A stretch of 62,805 nucleotides of DNA from an uncultured Gemmatimonas sp. (lineage in GTDB: Bacteria; Gemmatimonadota; Gemmatimonadetes; Gemmatimonadales; GWC2-71-9), in contig CAZHSO010000007.1 in NCBI GenBank assembly GCA_964535105.1, positions 1 through 62,805 on the forward strand, written 5' to 3'. The position numbers were made by a program, and so were the translations under genes. Position 1 is the stretch's first letter; each line of letters starts with the position of its first letter. The notes beneath the pieces are model-generated. The model was given only the letters and a program-made list of their open reading frames with translations. It ran no database searches and was not told the DNA's origin. Shown in pieces: positions 18,320-27,804 of the stretch.

Positions 18320-19173
18320 TCCCCTTGCCCCCGGCGCGCGATCAGGTAGCGCGCGCGCCCGAAGAGATCATCCATCACGTTGATACTGCCGAGGCCCGCC
18401 GCCCGCGCCAGCTCGGCGACGGCAGTGCTGCGAGTGAAATCTAGCTCCATCACCATCCACCCTCCCGGGGCGAGGAGGACAGGCGCCTCGGCGAGAAGCC
18501 GCCGTGCCGGTGCCAACCCGTCGTCCCCCGCCGCGAGCGCGAGACGCGGCTCCCACGCCTTCACCGAACGATCCAGCGCTTCGTATTCCGCCTCGGTGAG
18601 GTACGGCGGGTTCGAGACCAGCAGATCGAATCGTTCCCCCCGCAGTCCGGCGCCAAGGTCACTGCGAACGAGCTGCACGGGGAGCCCGGTGGCACGAACA
18701 TTCTCCCGGGCCAGCGCAAGCGCCGGAGCGGAGATGTCACTGCCGGTGACGGAGGTGAACTCCCCTTCCTGCGCCAGCGAGAGCGCGAGGCACCCGCTGC
18801 CGGTGCAGACGTCGAGCGCGCGACCGGAGCGCACCAGGTGCAGGGCGTGATCCACCAGCAGCTCGGATTCGGGCCGGGGGATCAGCGCCCGCCGGTCCGC
18901 GCGCAACTCGAGATTACGAAAGCCCGTCGAGCCGAGCACATACGCCAGCGGCTCGCCGGCAATCCGTCGCGTGACTGCCGTCTCGAAGGCGAGCTGCGCT
19001 CGCGTGCCGGTGTCGCGGTCCCGGTCGAGCACCGCCTGTCCCGGGGTGATCCGGTTCTGCCAGGCCCAGAGGCGGTTGGCTTCGCGCCGGGGTTTGACGA
19101 TTCCCGCCGCGCGCAGCCGCTCGGCCGCCGCGTCGAGCAGGCCTCCGATCGCCGCGGGGCTGTCAGAGCTCAC
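18316..19173 (-). CDS. prmC: Release factor glutamine methyltransferase
   Basis: GEPLAY..G, LIPRPESE, D.CTGSGC.A and SNPPY; directly downstream of prfA. Confidence 0.95.
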   Translation of the reverse strand: MSSDSPAAIGGLLDAAAERLRAAGIVKPRREANRLWAWQNRITPGQAVLDRDRDTGTRAQLAFETAVTRRIAGEPLAYVLGSTGFRNLELRADRRALIPRPESELLVDHALHLVRSGRALDVCTGSGCLALSLAQEGEFTSVTGSDISAPALALARENVRATGLPVQLVRSDLGAGLRGERFDLLVSNPPYLTEAEYEALDRSVKAWEPRLALAAGDDGLAPARRLLAEAPVLLAPGGWMVMELDFTRSTAVAELARAAGLGSINVMDDLFGRARYLIARRGQGE

Positions 19174-20221
19174 GGGCTTCCTGCCGGCTCGCCATCCGCA
19201 GCGCTTTGACGATCTCCTCGAGATCGCCGTCCATGATCGCGGGAAGGTTGTGCACCGAGAGGCCGATGCGGTGATCGGTCACCCGGCTCTGCGGAAAGTT
19301 GTACGTGCGGATCTTGGCCGAACGGTCGCCGGTGCCGACCATCGCCTTCCGGTCGCGCGACCGCGCCGCTTCCTGGTCGGCGATCATCTTGTCGAGGATG
19401 CGCGAGCGGAGGACCGACATCGCCTTGATCTTGTTTTGCAGCTGGGACTTCTGGTCCTGCTGCTGCACGACGGTGTTGCTGGGCAGATGAGTGATCCGGA
19501 CCGCGCTGTCGGTGGTGTTCACGCTCTGGCCCCCGGGGCCGCCCGATCGGAAGACGTCGATGCGGAGATCGTTGGGCTCGATCTTCACATCCACCTCTTG
19601 CGCCTCGGGGAGCACCGCGACTGTCGCAGCGGAGGTATGGATTCTGCCCTGGGATTCGGTCTCGGGGACCCGTTGCACGCGGTGCACCCCCGATTCCCGG
19701 CGGAAAAGGCCGTACGCATCTTCTCCGCGGATCGCCATGATCGCTTCCTTGACCCCGCCGAGCGTCCCGTCGCTCACGGTGAGCGGCTCGACCTTGAGGC
19801 CCCGGCGCTCGGCAAAGCGGGTGTACATCCGGAGCAGATCTGCCGCGAAGAGGGCGGCTTCGTCTCCCCCTGTACCGGCGCGGATTTCCAGGATGGCGTC
19901 ACGATCTTCGAGGGGGTCTCGAGGAACCAGGAGGTCTTCGAGCTCCTTCTCCAGAGCGGCAATCTCAATGGGGAGCCGGTCCATGTCGGCCGTGACGAGT
20001 ACCGCCATCTCGGGATCGGCCTCCTCGGCCAGCTCCCGGGCTTGCTGCAGATCGCTTCTGAGACGGAGGAGCCGCTCGGCGGCGCGGACAATCGGAACGA
20101 GGCGGGAATGCTCGCGGCCGAGGACGGAGAGGCGCGCCGGATCCTTGGCGACCGCGGGGTCGGACAGCGCCGCGGAGACCTCCGCCGCCCGCGCGAGCGC
20201 CTGGCGGAGTCGGGCCTCCAC
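19163..20221 (-). CDS. prfA: Peptide chain release factor 1
   Basis: GGQ motif, the RF1-type PxT motif in QRVPETE, and IRTYNFPQ.R.TDHR. Confidence 0.97.
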   Translation of the reverse strand: MEARLRQALARAAEVSAALSDPAVAKDPARLSVLGREHSRLVPIVRAAERLLRLRSDLQQARELAEEADPEMAVLVTADMDRLPIEIAALEKELEDLLVPRDPLEDRDAILEIRAGTGGDEAALFAADLLRMYTRFAERRGLKVEPLTVSDGTLGGVKEAIMAIRGEDAYGLFRRESGVHRVQRVPETESQGRIHTSAATVAVLPEAQEVDVKIEPNDLRIDVFRSGGPGGQSVNTTDSAVRITHLPSNTVVQQQDQKSQLQNKIKAMSVLRSRILDKMIADQEAARSRDRKAMVGTGDRSAKIRTYNFPQSRVTDHRIGLSVHNLPAIMDGDLEEIVKALRMASRQEAREL

Positions 20222-20224
20222 GGG

Positions 20225-20449
20225 TTACAGCGCGGCGGTGGGGGCCGCCTGCTCCGAGCCGTACTTGCGACGGAACCGGTCCACACGACCCGCCGTATCC
20301 ATCAGCCGCTGCTTGCCGGTGAAATACGGATGGCAGGCATTGCAAACTTCGACGTGGATCGAGGCGGCGGTGGTCCGCGTCTCGAACTTGTTCCCGCACG
20401 CACACACCGCTTCGATGGTGCGGTACATGGGATGCATATTGGGCTTCAT
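20225..20449 (-). CDS. rpmE: 50S ribosomal protein L31 (Zn-binding form)
   Basis: CACG...CNACHPYFTG.Q...DTAGRVDRF. Confidence 0.97.
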   Translation of the reverse strand: MKPNMHPMYRTIEAVCACGNKFETRTTAASIHVEVCNACHPYFTGKQRLMDTAGRVDRFRRKYGSEQAAPTAAL

Positions 20450-20532
20450 GGGTCTTGCTCCGTAAGTCGTTGCGAGCCATGAAACTTATCGGCAGTGGCG
20501 GCGACAGGCAACCCTTCCCCTCAACCTCCGAT

Positions 20533-20562
20533 TTGACACTCCTTGGGGCGCAACCCTATGCT
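20533..20562 (+). promoter_or_regulatory. Putative sigma70 promoter of the CRP-family gene
   Basis: TTGACA-N18-TATGCT, followed by a GAGGA RBS and ATG 20590. Confidence 0.55.
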
Positions 20563-20589
20563 CCGGTCATTCCCATAGAATGAGGACAC

Positions 20590-21279
20590 ATGGCCCTCGA
20601 TCCGCTGGACGTGCTCCGCGCCGTTCCGCTCTTCCACCAGGTTCCCGAGGCCGATCTCCGCGCGATGGCCGACTTGGTGCGCGAGCGCCGCCAGCCCAAG
20701 GGGAGCCTCATCCTCACCCAGGGCGATGAAGGGGAGGCCCTTTTTCTGATTCGCATCGGCCAGGTCAAGGTCATGGTCGTGGCGGAGGACGGTCGGCAGG
20801 TCATTCTCTCGGTGCTGGGCGCCGGCAGCTTCTTCGGCGAGATGGCGCTCCTCGACGACGAGCCGCGCTCGGCGCACGTCATCGCGATGGAGGAGTGCGT
20901 GCTGCTCGGGCTTCGCCGCGAAGACTTCCGGGCGCAGCTCGCCCGCTCACCGGCGCTCGGCATCGCCCTCCTGCGCGAGCTCTCCCGGCGGCTCCGCCGG
21001 GCCGACGATACCATCGCGAGCCTCATGCTCCTCGATGTCAACGGCCGCGTGGCGCACCTGCTCCTCGAGCTCGCGCGGGAGGAGGCGGGCGACACAGGCA
21101 TCACCATCACCCGCCGGCTGACCCACGCCTCGATCGGGCAAAGGGTGGGCGCGAGCCGGGAGACCGTCTCTCGCACGATGCGAAATCTGGTGCTCCGGAA
21201 TGTGATCGCCGTCACGCGGAAAGGAATCACGCTGCTGGATTTGCCGGCGCTCCGACTCGCCGCCCAGCAGGCTGCGTGA
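20590..21279 (+). CDS. Crp/Fnr-family transcriptional regulator (cNMP-binding)
   Basis: Phosphate-binding cassette FGEMALLD..PRSA and HTH motif GASRETVSR. Confidence 0.93.
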   Translation: MALDPLDVLRAVPLFHQVPEADLRAMADLVRERRQPKGSLILTQGDEGEALFLIRIGQVKVMVVAEDGRQVILSVLGAGSFFGEMALLDDEPRSAHVIAMEECVLLGLRREDFRAQLARSPALGIALLRELSRRLRRADDTIASLMLLDVNGRVAHLLLELAREEAGDTGITITRRLTHASIGQRVGASRETVSRTMRNLVLRNVIAVTRKGITLLDLPALRLAAQQAA

Positions 21280-22121
21280 GGATCACCTTCTGGGGAGCGC
21301 GCGGCTCGATTGCCGTTCCCGGACTCGAAACCGCCCGCTACGGCGGCAACACGCCCTGCGTGAGCATCGAGGACGGCCCCGGTCTTCTCGTGCTCGATGC
21401 GGGAACCGGCATCCGGCGCCTCGGTGAAGCGCTGGCGGCGCGCCGACACACCGGCGCGGTCGACGTGCTCCTATCGCACACCCACCTCGATCACATCCAG
21501 GGGCTCCCATTCTTCGCTCCGATCCACGATGCGGATGCGAAGGTCCGCATCTTCGGTCCCGCTCCGGGGCCGATTTCACTGCATGAGACCTTGGGCCGTC
21601 TCATGACGCCGCCACTCTGGCCGGCGCATTACGCTTCGACCGCGGAGCGGCTCAAGGTGATCGAGATCACGGCGCGCGAGTTCCTCACCGACTATTTCCA
21701 GGTCAGGACAATCGCACTTCGTCATCCCGGTAGGACGCTGGGATACGCGATCTCACCGCTCGCCGGCGGGTCATCGGTCAATTATATGACCGACAATGAG
21801 TTAGGCCCGTGGACAGGGGTGCCTGACTGGCAGGTCGAGTTGGTAGGCTTCTTGCGAAACGGAGAAGTTCTGATTCACGACGCGACGTACGATGAGCACG
21901 AAATCCGGGATCGAGCCGGATGGGGCCATTCGAGCGCAAATCAGGCGGTGGATCTCGCCGTCGCGGCGGGGGTGCGGAAGCTGATACTCTTCCACCACGC
22001 CCCGGAACACCGGGATGACGAGATCGACCGGATTCTTGCGGAGGCGCGGCGCCGGGTGGCGAGCGCCGGGGACAAGCTGGACGTTGAGGCGGCCGCCGAA
22101 GGGCTGGCCCTCGACATCTGA
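21276..22121 (+). CDS. MBL-fold metallohydrolase (RNase Z / cNMP phosphodiesterase-like)
   Basis: FWGARGS..PG...YGGNT.CV, DAGTG, SHTHLDHIQG, GWGHS and LFHH.P; GTGA overlap with the CRP gene. Confidence 0.88.
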   Translation: MRITFWGARGSIAVPGLETARYGGNTPCVSIEDGPGLLVLDAGTGIRRLGEALAARRHTGAVDVLLSHTHLDHIQGLPFFAPIHDADAKVRIFGPAPGPISLHETLGRLMTPPLWPAHYASTAERLKVIEITAREFLTDYFQVRTIALRHPGRTLGYAISPLAGGSSVNYMTDNELGPWTGVPDWQVELVGFLRNGEVLIHDATYDEHEIRDRAGWGHSSANQAVDLAVAAGVRKLILFHHAPEHRDDEIDRILAEARRRVASAGDKLDVEAAAEGLALDI

Positions 22122-22131
22122 GGAGGAAGAA

Positions 22132-22833
22132 ATGAAAACGGGTACTCGGAAGATTTCTCTGCTGAGCGTGACCGCACTCGCCATGCTCGCGCTGCCTCTC
22201 GCCGGCCAGGATTCCCGCCCGGGGATCGCGGTGCTGCCGTTCGAAAACGGCGGCAGCTACGGCAAGGACAAGGAGGACTTCGATGCCCTGCGGAAGGGGA
22301 TCGCCGCCACGCTCATTTTCGAGCTGGCGCGGAATCCTGCCGTGCGCCTGGTCGACCGCGAACAGACCCAGCGCCTGCTCGACGAGCAGGGGCTCGGCGT
22401 CGCCGAGCGCGTCGATGCCGCCACCGCCGCCAAGGTCGGCAAGCTGGTCGGCGCGCGCTACATGATCACCGGATCGTTCATCGATCTCTACGGAGACTTC
22501 CGGGTGGACGCCCGGATCATCAATGTCGAAACCGGCGAGATCATGAAGGTGGTGCGCAGCGATCCCAAGCTGCACGACCGCCGGGACATGTTCCGGATGA
22601 TCGAGTCAGTCGCCCAACGGATCCTGGCCGACGCGAATCTGCCTCCGCTGCCGGTCGGCACGGCACAGCGCACGGCGATCCCGACGGAGGCTCTGGCACA
22701 CTTCAGCCGGGCGCTGCTCTACGAGGACCGCGGCGACAAGGCGAAAGCGGTGGAGTATTACCAGAAGGCGCTGGCGGTCTTTCCGAATTACACCGAGGCG
22801 AGCGAGGGGCTCAGGAAGGCTCGCGGGTCCTGA
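22132..22833 (+). CDS. Exported CsgG/FlgO/TolB-N-like domain protein with C-terminal TPR
   Basis: AGGAGG RBS and signal peptide; IAVLPFEN, A.KVGKL.GA.Y.ITGS, ARIINVETGEI; TPR motif A..YYQKAL...PNY..A. Confidence 0.8.
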   Translation: MKTGTRKISLLSVTALAMLALPLAGQDSRPGIAVLPFENGGSYGKDKEDFDALRKGIAATLIFELARNPAVRLVDREQTQRLLDEQGLGVAERVDAATAAKVGKLVGARYMITGSFIDLYGDFRVDARIINVETGEIMKVVRSDPKLHDRRDMFRMIESVAQRILADANLPPLPVGTAQRTAIPTEALAHFSRALLYEDRGDKAKAVEYYQKALAVFPNYTEASEGLRKARGS

Positions 22834-24031
22834 GGCCCGCCCAGACACCGGCGTGGATCGGTAAGGCGAGCGCGATCAGCTCGAGGTTGTTCTGATCGAA
22901 CGCGGGCAGAACCTTGAGCAGGAGACCCAACGCCGCCAGTGTCGCCACCACGAGCGCGAGGCGGCGCGCGGTTTTTATCGCCCCACCGCCGCTCCGGACG
23001 GCCGAGGCCAGCACCACGGCGAGTGCGAGGGCAAGCAGGTTGAAGAGGAAGAGGTTTTCGTTCTGGTACGCGGCCCGGTGGGCGCTCAGCAATGAAAGCC
23101 AGGTGATGACGAGGCCGGCAATGCCCGCGAGGAACGCCCAAAGCGTCGCGAGGGCGAGGAAGAGCCTGCGGCCCCCGGTGACACCCCCGAGCAGCGCGAG
23201 CAGTCCACCGACACAAACTCCTGCCAGCAGATACCGCCACATCCAGTTCGAAGGGCGCGCCGGCACCGGCCAGCGCCCCCCCTCCGCGATCACCTGATTC
23301 GACTTGACCACCGGCCGGAGCACACCGTCGGGGCCTGCGATCTGAACGCTGTCGAGATGCTCGGAGAGCCGTCCCGGAAGGAACATCTGCTCCCACCGGG
23401 ACATTTCCCGGTCCACCGGCTGTCCCAGCGCGAGCATCAGCCCGGTGTAGAGGAAGGCGTTGTGCTGGTTGAGCCGGCTGGTCTCGTCGCGCCAGGTAAA
23501 ACCCGACGGCCGCCCGGCATAGCTGCGAATGGCGCCGCCGAGCACCCGGTCGAGGGCGTCCCGAATCCGGGTGGAGCAGTTGTCGAGGTAGTAGTCATAG
23601 GCGTAGCCGGCATTCTCGGGCCGGATGTTCGTCTCCAGGAAATCCCGCAGCTCCCGCCGCTGGGCGGAGGTGAGATCGAGCTCCTGCGCCCGGATCTTCC
23701 GGCCCTCGGAGGCGTAGAAGCCGATGTACTTGTCCGGGAGAGAATCCTCTCCCATCGAATACGTCATCTTCCCCTGCGCAAACCGAGCAACAAACCGGAT
23801 CTGCTCGAGGCCGGGCCGACCGAAGTCGAAGCGCCCATAGTCATAGTGCCGGTCGGAGCCGGAGGCGGCGTTATGAATCCAGATGGCGTTGTGGCCGAAG
23901 CGCTCGTAGACCAGCCCGCCCGTCTCGTACGTGAGCAGGGTGACGGTCAGCTCGGAGCCGGGCTCGGTCTGAGCGAATAGCGAGGAGCGAAGAGGGAGGA
24001 GGGAAAGCCCCACAATGAGCAGCAGCCTCAC
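22811..24031 (-). CDS. DUF4105 (Lnb-like) protein with C-terminal membrane domain
   Basis: FGHNAIWI, YDYGRFDF, YDYYLDNCSTRIRD and MFLP, followed by about five transmembrane segments; GTGA overlap with the upstream gene. Confidence 0.8.
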   Translation of the reverse strand: MRLLLIVGLSLLPLRSSLFAQTEPGSELTVTLLTYETGGLVYERFGHNAIWIHNAASGSDRHYDYGRFDFGRPGLEQIRFVARFAQGKMTYSMGEDSLPDKYIGFYASEGRKIRAQELDLTSAQRRELRDFLETNIRPENAGYAYDYYLDNCSTRIRDALDRVLGGAIRSYAGRPSGFTWRDETSRLNQHNAFLYTGLMLALGQPVDREMSRWEQMFLPGRLSEHLDSVQIAGPDGVLRPVVKSNQVIAEGGRWPVPARPSNWMWRYLLAGVCVGGLLALLGGVTGGRRLFLALATLWAFLAGIAGLVITWLSLLSAHRAAYQNENLFLFNLLALALAVVLASAVRSGGGAIKTARRLALVVATLAALGLLLKVLPAFDQNNLELIALALPIHAGVWAGLRTREPS

Positions 24032-25038
24032 AGCGCCACGTCTTTTCCGTCCGCGTCCGATTTGTAGATCGCCTCCAGCACCTTGAGCAGGGTGATGTGC
24101 TCGGTCAGCGGCGGGACCTCCGCCTCGGAGGCGATGGCAGCGAGGAAATGCGCCCACTGGGCCCGGAACGACGCCGAGAACGCGTTCTCCCGCGAGAGAC
24201 TCCCGGTGGGGGAGACATCCTGAGGAATGCCGTTGAGCTCCTTCCAGACATGCAGCGGATTGATGCCCGCGGTCCCTTTCGCCCCCCGGAGTCCGACGCC
24301 GAAGCGTTCCCCTTCCCCGATGTGCCTCCAGGTGACGTCCACGAAGATCGAGGCCCCGTCTTTGCACACGACGTACGCGCTCCCCGACTGCTCGACGGCT
24401 CGTTCTCCCTTGGGACGCACCAGCGCGGAGCTGACCCGCGCCGGGGCCGGATTTCCCGCGAGCCAGAAGCAGAGGTCGAGCATGGTGAGACCCAGGTCCA
24501 GCATCGCCCCGCCGCCCGCTTCGTCCTTGCGCTGCCGCCATCCCAGCGCGGTGCGGGCCGGGCGGGCGACATGCCAGCTCGAGCGGATGCTGTCGATCTC
24601 ACCCAGCTCCCCGCTCTGAACGAAACTGCGCACCGCCTGGGCATCGGGACGATAGCGGTGGGTCATCCCGACCATGACCACCCGGTCCCGCTTTTCCGCC
24701 GCCTTCGCGATCTTCTGTGCCGCCGCGGCGGTCAGCGCGAGCGGCTTCTCCACGAGAACGTGGCACCCGGCGGCGAGCCCCGCCAGGATATGGGACTCGT
24801 GGAGGTGGTTCGGCGTAGCGATCAGAAGGGCATCCACCCGCTGGTGGCCAAGCAGGTCTTCGATATCGTCGAAGACGTCCGGAATCCCGAATCGCGTGGC
24901 CAGGGCCCGCGCCTTGGGAAGATCAGTGTCGCAGATGGCGGCGAGCTCGACGCTTTTGAGCTTCTTGAGGACCGGCATGTGCGCCACCTGTACCACGGCG
25001 CCGGCGCCGATGAGCCCGATGCGGACGGGATCGCTCAT
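24028..25038 (-). CDS. Gfo/Idh/MocA-family oxidoreductase
   Basis: GLIGAG, ATPNHLH, HVLVEKP and GGGAMLDLG. Confidence 0.92.
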   Translation of the reverse strand: MSDPVRIGLIGAGAVVQVAHMPVLKKLKSVELAAICDTDLPKARALATRFGIPDVFDDIEDLLGHQRVDALLIATPNHLHESHILAGLAAGCHVLVEKPLALTAAAAQKIAKAAEKRDRVVMVGMTHRYRPDAQAVRSFVQSGELGEIDSIRSSWHVARPARTALGWRQRKDEAGGGAMLDLGLTMLDLCFWLAGNPAPARVSSALVRPKGERAVEQSGSAYVVCKDGASIFVDVTWRHIGEGERFGVGLRGAKGTAGINPLHVWKELNGIPQDVSPTGSLSRENAFSASFRAQWAHFLAAIASEAEVPPLTEHITLLKVLEAIYKSDADGKDVAL

Positions 25039-25053
25039 GGGTGGTTCCTCTGA

Positions 25054-26283
25054 CTAATAGGTGCGGATCAGCTGCGTCCCCGGAAAATAAGCCGAGAGGA
25101 TGTCCTCGAACGAGAACCCTGCCCGGGAGCGCCCCAGCGCGCCCCACTGACACATCCCTACCCCATGACCGGCGCCGGAGCCGGAGATCGTGAGCTCGAC
25201 GATCCGGGGTCCTTCCCGAGTCACCTGGACGGTGAAATTCGCGCTCCGGAGCGAGCTCCCGTCCCGGGTACGCAGCAGCAGTCGCGCGGCCGGACCTGAC
25301 AGCGCAAGCGCACCGTCCCCTCCCTGAATCTCCAATCTCGCCACTCGTCCAGTAGCGGTCCGATCGAGGATCCGGATGTCGCGAAGATCATCCGCCAGGG
25401 CGGGATTCCCTCCCGCCGCCGGCAGCGTCGAGCGGAGCGCCCGCGCCAGCGCCTCGCCGGACCAGGTCTCCCGCCACTGGTAGCGGGGGGAAATGGCGCA
25501 CCAGGCCCTGCCGTTTTCGTCGACGTCGCGAATCGAGCGCAGGTACGGACGCGTCGCGTAGCTGAAGACCTCGGGACCCGGGGCGGTCAGCCCGCCGCAG
25601 GTCGAATGGAAAAAGATGTCGATCAGCCCGCCTTCGGAGGCGAGGACCCTTCCCGCCGTTTCCGCCACCGCCTGGTCAGAGGCCGGACTCTCGAAACCAA
25701 CTCCGGCGTAGGCCTGGTCCGCCACGGTGGCCATGAGGTCATAGCCGCGGGTTCGCCATCTCCCGAGGTTCCGGAGCGCCAGCGTGCGGGAGACCACCGC
25801 CTGCGCTCGGAGCGCCGCCAGATCCTGCTCGGTGCGGCGCCCCATCTCCGCACCCACCACGCCCCGCAAGTATTCCTCCACGCGGAGGATATTGAGCGCC
25901 GTGACACCGGCGGCGGTTGGCGAAAGCACCACGTCGCCTCGGTATTCCCGGCCATTGAATCGGACCGGCGTCCCCGAATCGGCTGGTGTGACCGTCAGGG
26001 ACGCGACCCCACGGGCGCCGGCGTTTGACAGGCGCAGGCCGTCAGACGTGGAGGTGACGGTGGTGGTGGCACCGGCGGGAATGGCGAAGGCACTCTCCCC
26101 ATCGGGAGTGGCGACGAGGAGCGCGGCGCCCCCTCCGAGCGTTACCGACGCCGCGTCGACGGGCAGCGCGATGCGGATGGTCGGCGGCGTGACTTGGGGA
26201 ATGACGGGGCCGGTGTCGGGACGGGCGCAGGCGGTGGCGAGAAGCGCGGTGGCAAACCACCGGACCCTCGCGCTGCTACCCAC
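25054..26283 (-). CDS. SpoIID/LytB-domain lipoprotein (putative peptidoglycan lytic transglycosylase)
   Basis: Lipobox LATAC; EEYLRGVV.AEM, ALRAQAVVSRT, FHSTCGG and G.GHGVGMCQWGA. Confidence 0.9.
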   Translation of the reverse strand: MGSSARVRWFATALLATACARPDTGPVIPQVTPPTIRIALPVDAASVTLGGGAALLVATPDGESAFAIPAGATTTVTSTSDGLRLSNAGARGVASLTVTPADSGTPVRFNGREYRGDVVLSPTAAGVTALNILRVEEYLRGVVGAEMGRRTEQDLAALRAQAVVSRTLALRNLGRWRTRGYDLMATVADQAYAGVGFESPASDQAVAETAGRVLASEGGLIDIFFHSTCGGLTAPGPEVFSYATRPYLRSIRDVDENGRAWCAISPRYQWRETWSGEALARALRSTLPAAGGNPALADDLRDIRILDRTATGRVARLEIQGGDGALALSGPAARLLLRTRDGSSLRSANFTVQVTREGPRIVELTISGSGAGHGVGMCQWGALGRSRAGFSFEDILSAYFPGTQLIRTY

Positions 26284-26779
26284 GATAATTGCCGAACTTG
26301 AGCTCCAGCTCGAACTCCTGCGCCTTGAGGAACGCGATGACCGTCTGCAGCTGATCCTTCGAGGGACTGGTCACCCGGAGCTCATCGCCCTGAATGGAGG
26401 CCTGCACCTTCTTGAAGCCCGCTTCCTTGATCGCCTTCTGAATCTTTTTGGCGGTCTCCTGCGGGATACCCTGGGTGAGCGCGATCTCGCAGCGCACCGA
26501 GGTCCCGGCGCCGGGGATGAATTCGCCGGTCTTGAGGTTCTTGAGAGGAACGCCCCGTTTGGCGCACTTGGCCTGAACCACATCGAGCACCTGCTTCATC
26601 CGGAACTCGTCGTCGGCCGCGAGCTTGATGACGCCGCTGGCCCGGTCGAATTCGATGGTGACGTGGGTGCCCTTGAAGTCGTAACGCTGGGCGATCTCCT
26701 TAACCGCCTGATTCACCGCGTTGTCGACTTCCTGGAGGTCCGCGCCGGTCGAAACGTCAAAAGATGAGGTGCCAGCCAT
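26276..26779 (-). CDS. yajQ: YajQ-family nucleotide/c-di-GMP-binding protein
   Basis: SFDVS...D.QEVDNAVNQ..KEI..RYDFKG, VQASIQGD.LRV and FGNYR. Confidence 0.95.
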   Translation of the reverse strand: MAGTSSFDVSTGADLQEVDNAVNQAVKEIAQRYDFKGTHVTIEFDRASGVIKLAADDEFRMKQVLDVVQAKCAKRGVPLKNLKTGEFIPGAGTSVRCEIALTQGIPQETAKKIQKAIKEAGFKKVQASIQGDELRVTSPSKDQLQTVIAFLKAQEFELELKFGNYRG

Positions 26780-26781
26780 GC

Positions 26782-27657
26782 TCAGGAGAGGAAGGATTCG
26801 AGGGCCTTGGAGCGGCTCACGTGGCGGAGCCGGGAGAGCGCTTTTTCCTTGATTTGGCGGACCCGCTCCCGGGTGATGCCGAGAAGGGCGCCGATTTCTT
26901 CGAGTGTCATCGGCTCCGGGCTGTCGAGCCCGAAGTAGAGCCGGAGGATCTTGGCCTCGCGCTCCTTGAGCCCCTTGAGCACTTCCTCGATGCACTGGTT
27001 GAGCGCGTGCTCGAAGGTCTCGGCGTCGGGACCGGGGTTCTGGTTGTCGGGAAGGTAGTCGAGCAGGCGGTTGTCTTCCCCCGGGCTCATTGGCGCGTCG
27101 AGGGAGAGGTGGTTCTGCGAAATGGAGAGGGTCTTCTGCACCTCCTCCATGTCAATATCCATGCCCTCGGCGATCTCCGCAGGGGTCGGCTCCCGCCCCA
27201 GCTCCTGCAGAAGCGCCGACGAGCGGCGGGTGATCCGGTGCAGCGCGCCGGCCCGGTTGAGTGGCACCCGGACGATCCGGCTCTGTTCCGCGAGCGCCTG
27301 CAGAATCGCCTGGCGAATCCACCAGACCGCATAAGAGATGAATTTGATCCCCTTGGTTTCGTCAAATTTGTGGGCGGCGCGAATCAGGCCGAGGTTCCCC
27401 TCGTTGATGAGATCGGAGAGGGAAACGCCCTGGTTCTGGTATTTCTTGGCCACCGAAACAACGAAGCGAAGGTTGCTGCGGACCAGCTTGTCGAGCGCCT
27501 CCTCTTCCCCGAGGCGAATGCGCTGGGCGAGGCGGACCTCTTCCTCCTGGGGGATCAGCGGGTACTTGCTGATTTCCCGCAGGTACTGATCCAGCGAACC
27601 CTCGTCCGACGACGTGGAGCCGCTCTTCGAGGAAGACCCGACCTGCAATGGTTTCAT
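26782..27657 (-). CDS. RpoD/SigA-family sigma70 factor, short form lacking region 1.1
   Basis: LDQYLREI, NLRFVVSVAKKY, EGNLGLIRAA.KFD..KG.KFISYAVWWIRQ and TRERVRQI. Confidence 0.93.
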   Translation of the reverse strand: MKPLQVGSSSKSGSTSSDEGSLDQYLREISKYPLIPQEEEVRLAQRIRLGEEEALDKLVRSNLRFVVSVAKKYQNQGVSLSDLINEGNLGLIRAAHKFDETKGIKFISYAVWWIRQAILQALAEQSRIVRVPLNRAGALHRITRRSSALLQELGREPTPAEIAEGMDIDMEEVQKTLSISQNHLSLDAPMSPGEDNRLLDYLPDNQNPGPDAETFEHALNQCIEEVLKGLKEREAKILRLYFGLDSPEPMTLEEIGALLGITRERVRQIKEKALSRLRHVSRSKALESFLS

Positions 27658-27682
27658 TTCGGGAGAGGAGCCTCGTTGATGC

Positions 27683-27795
27683 GGGGGTTGGGGAATGGGG
27701 GTTGGGTGTTGGGGGTTGGGGCTACGCGCTCACGCTGTTCCCTAATCCCCGATCCCCAATCCCTAATCCCTATGCCCTAACCAATAACCCCGATT
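27683..27795. repeat. Inverted heptamer array (GGGGGTT / CCCCAAT), an empty copy of the family flanking the four-helix-bundle gene
   Basis: GGGGGTT GGGGAAT GGGGGTT GGGTGTT GGGGGTT GGGG, an 18-nt loop, then CCCTAAT CCCCGAT CCCCAAT CCCTAAT CCCTATG CCCTAAC... Confidence 0.9.
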
Positions 27796-27804
27796 ACCAC
27801 AGAG

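Noticed and set aside
19163-20221. Programmed frameshift as in prfB
   Set aside because: The gene is RF1 (PET motif) and is a single continuous ORF.
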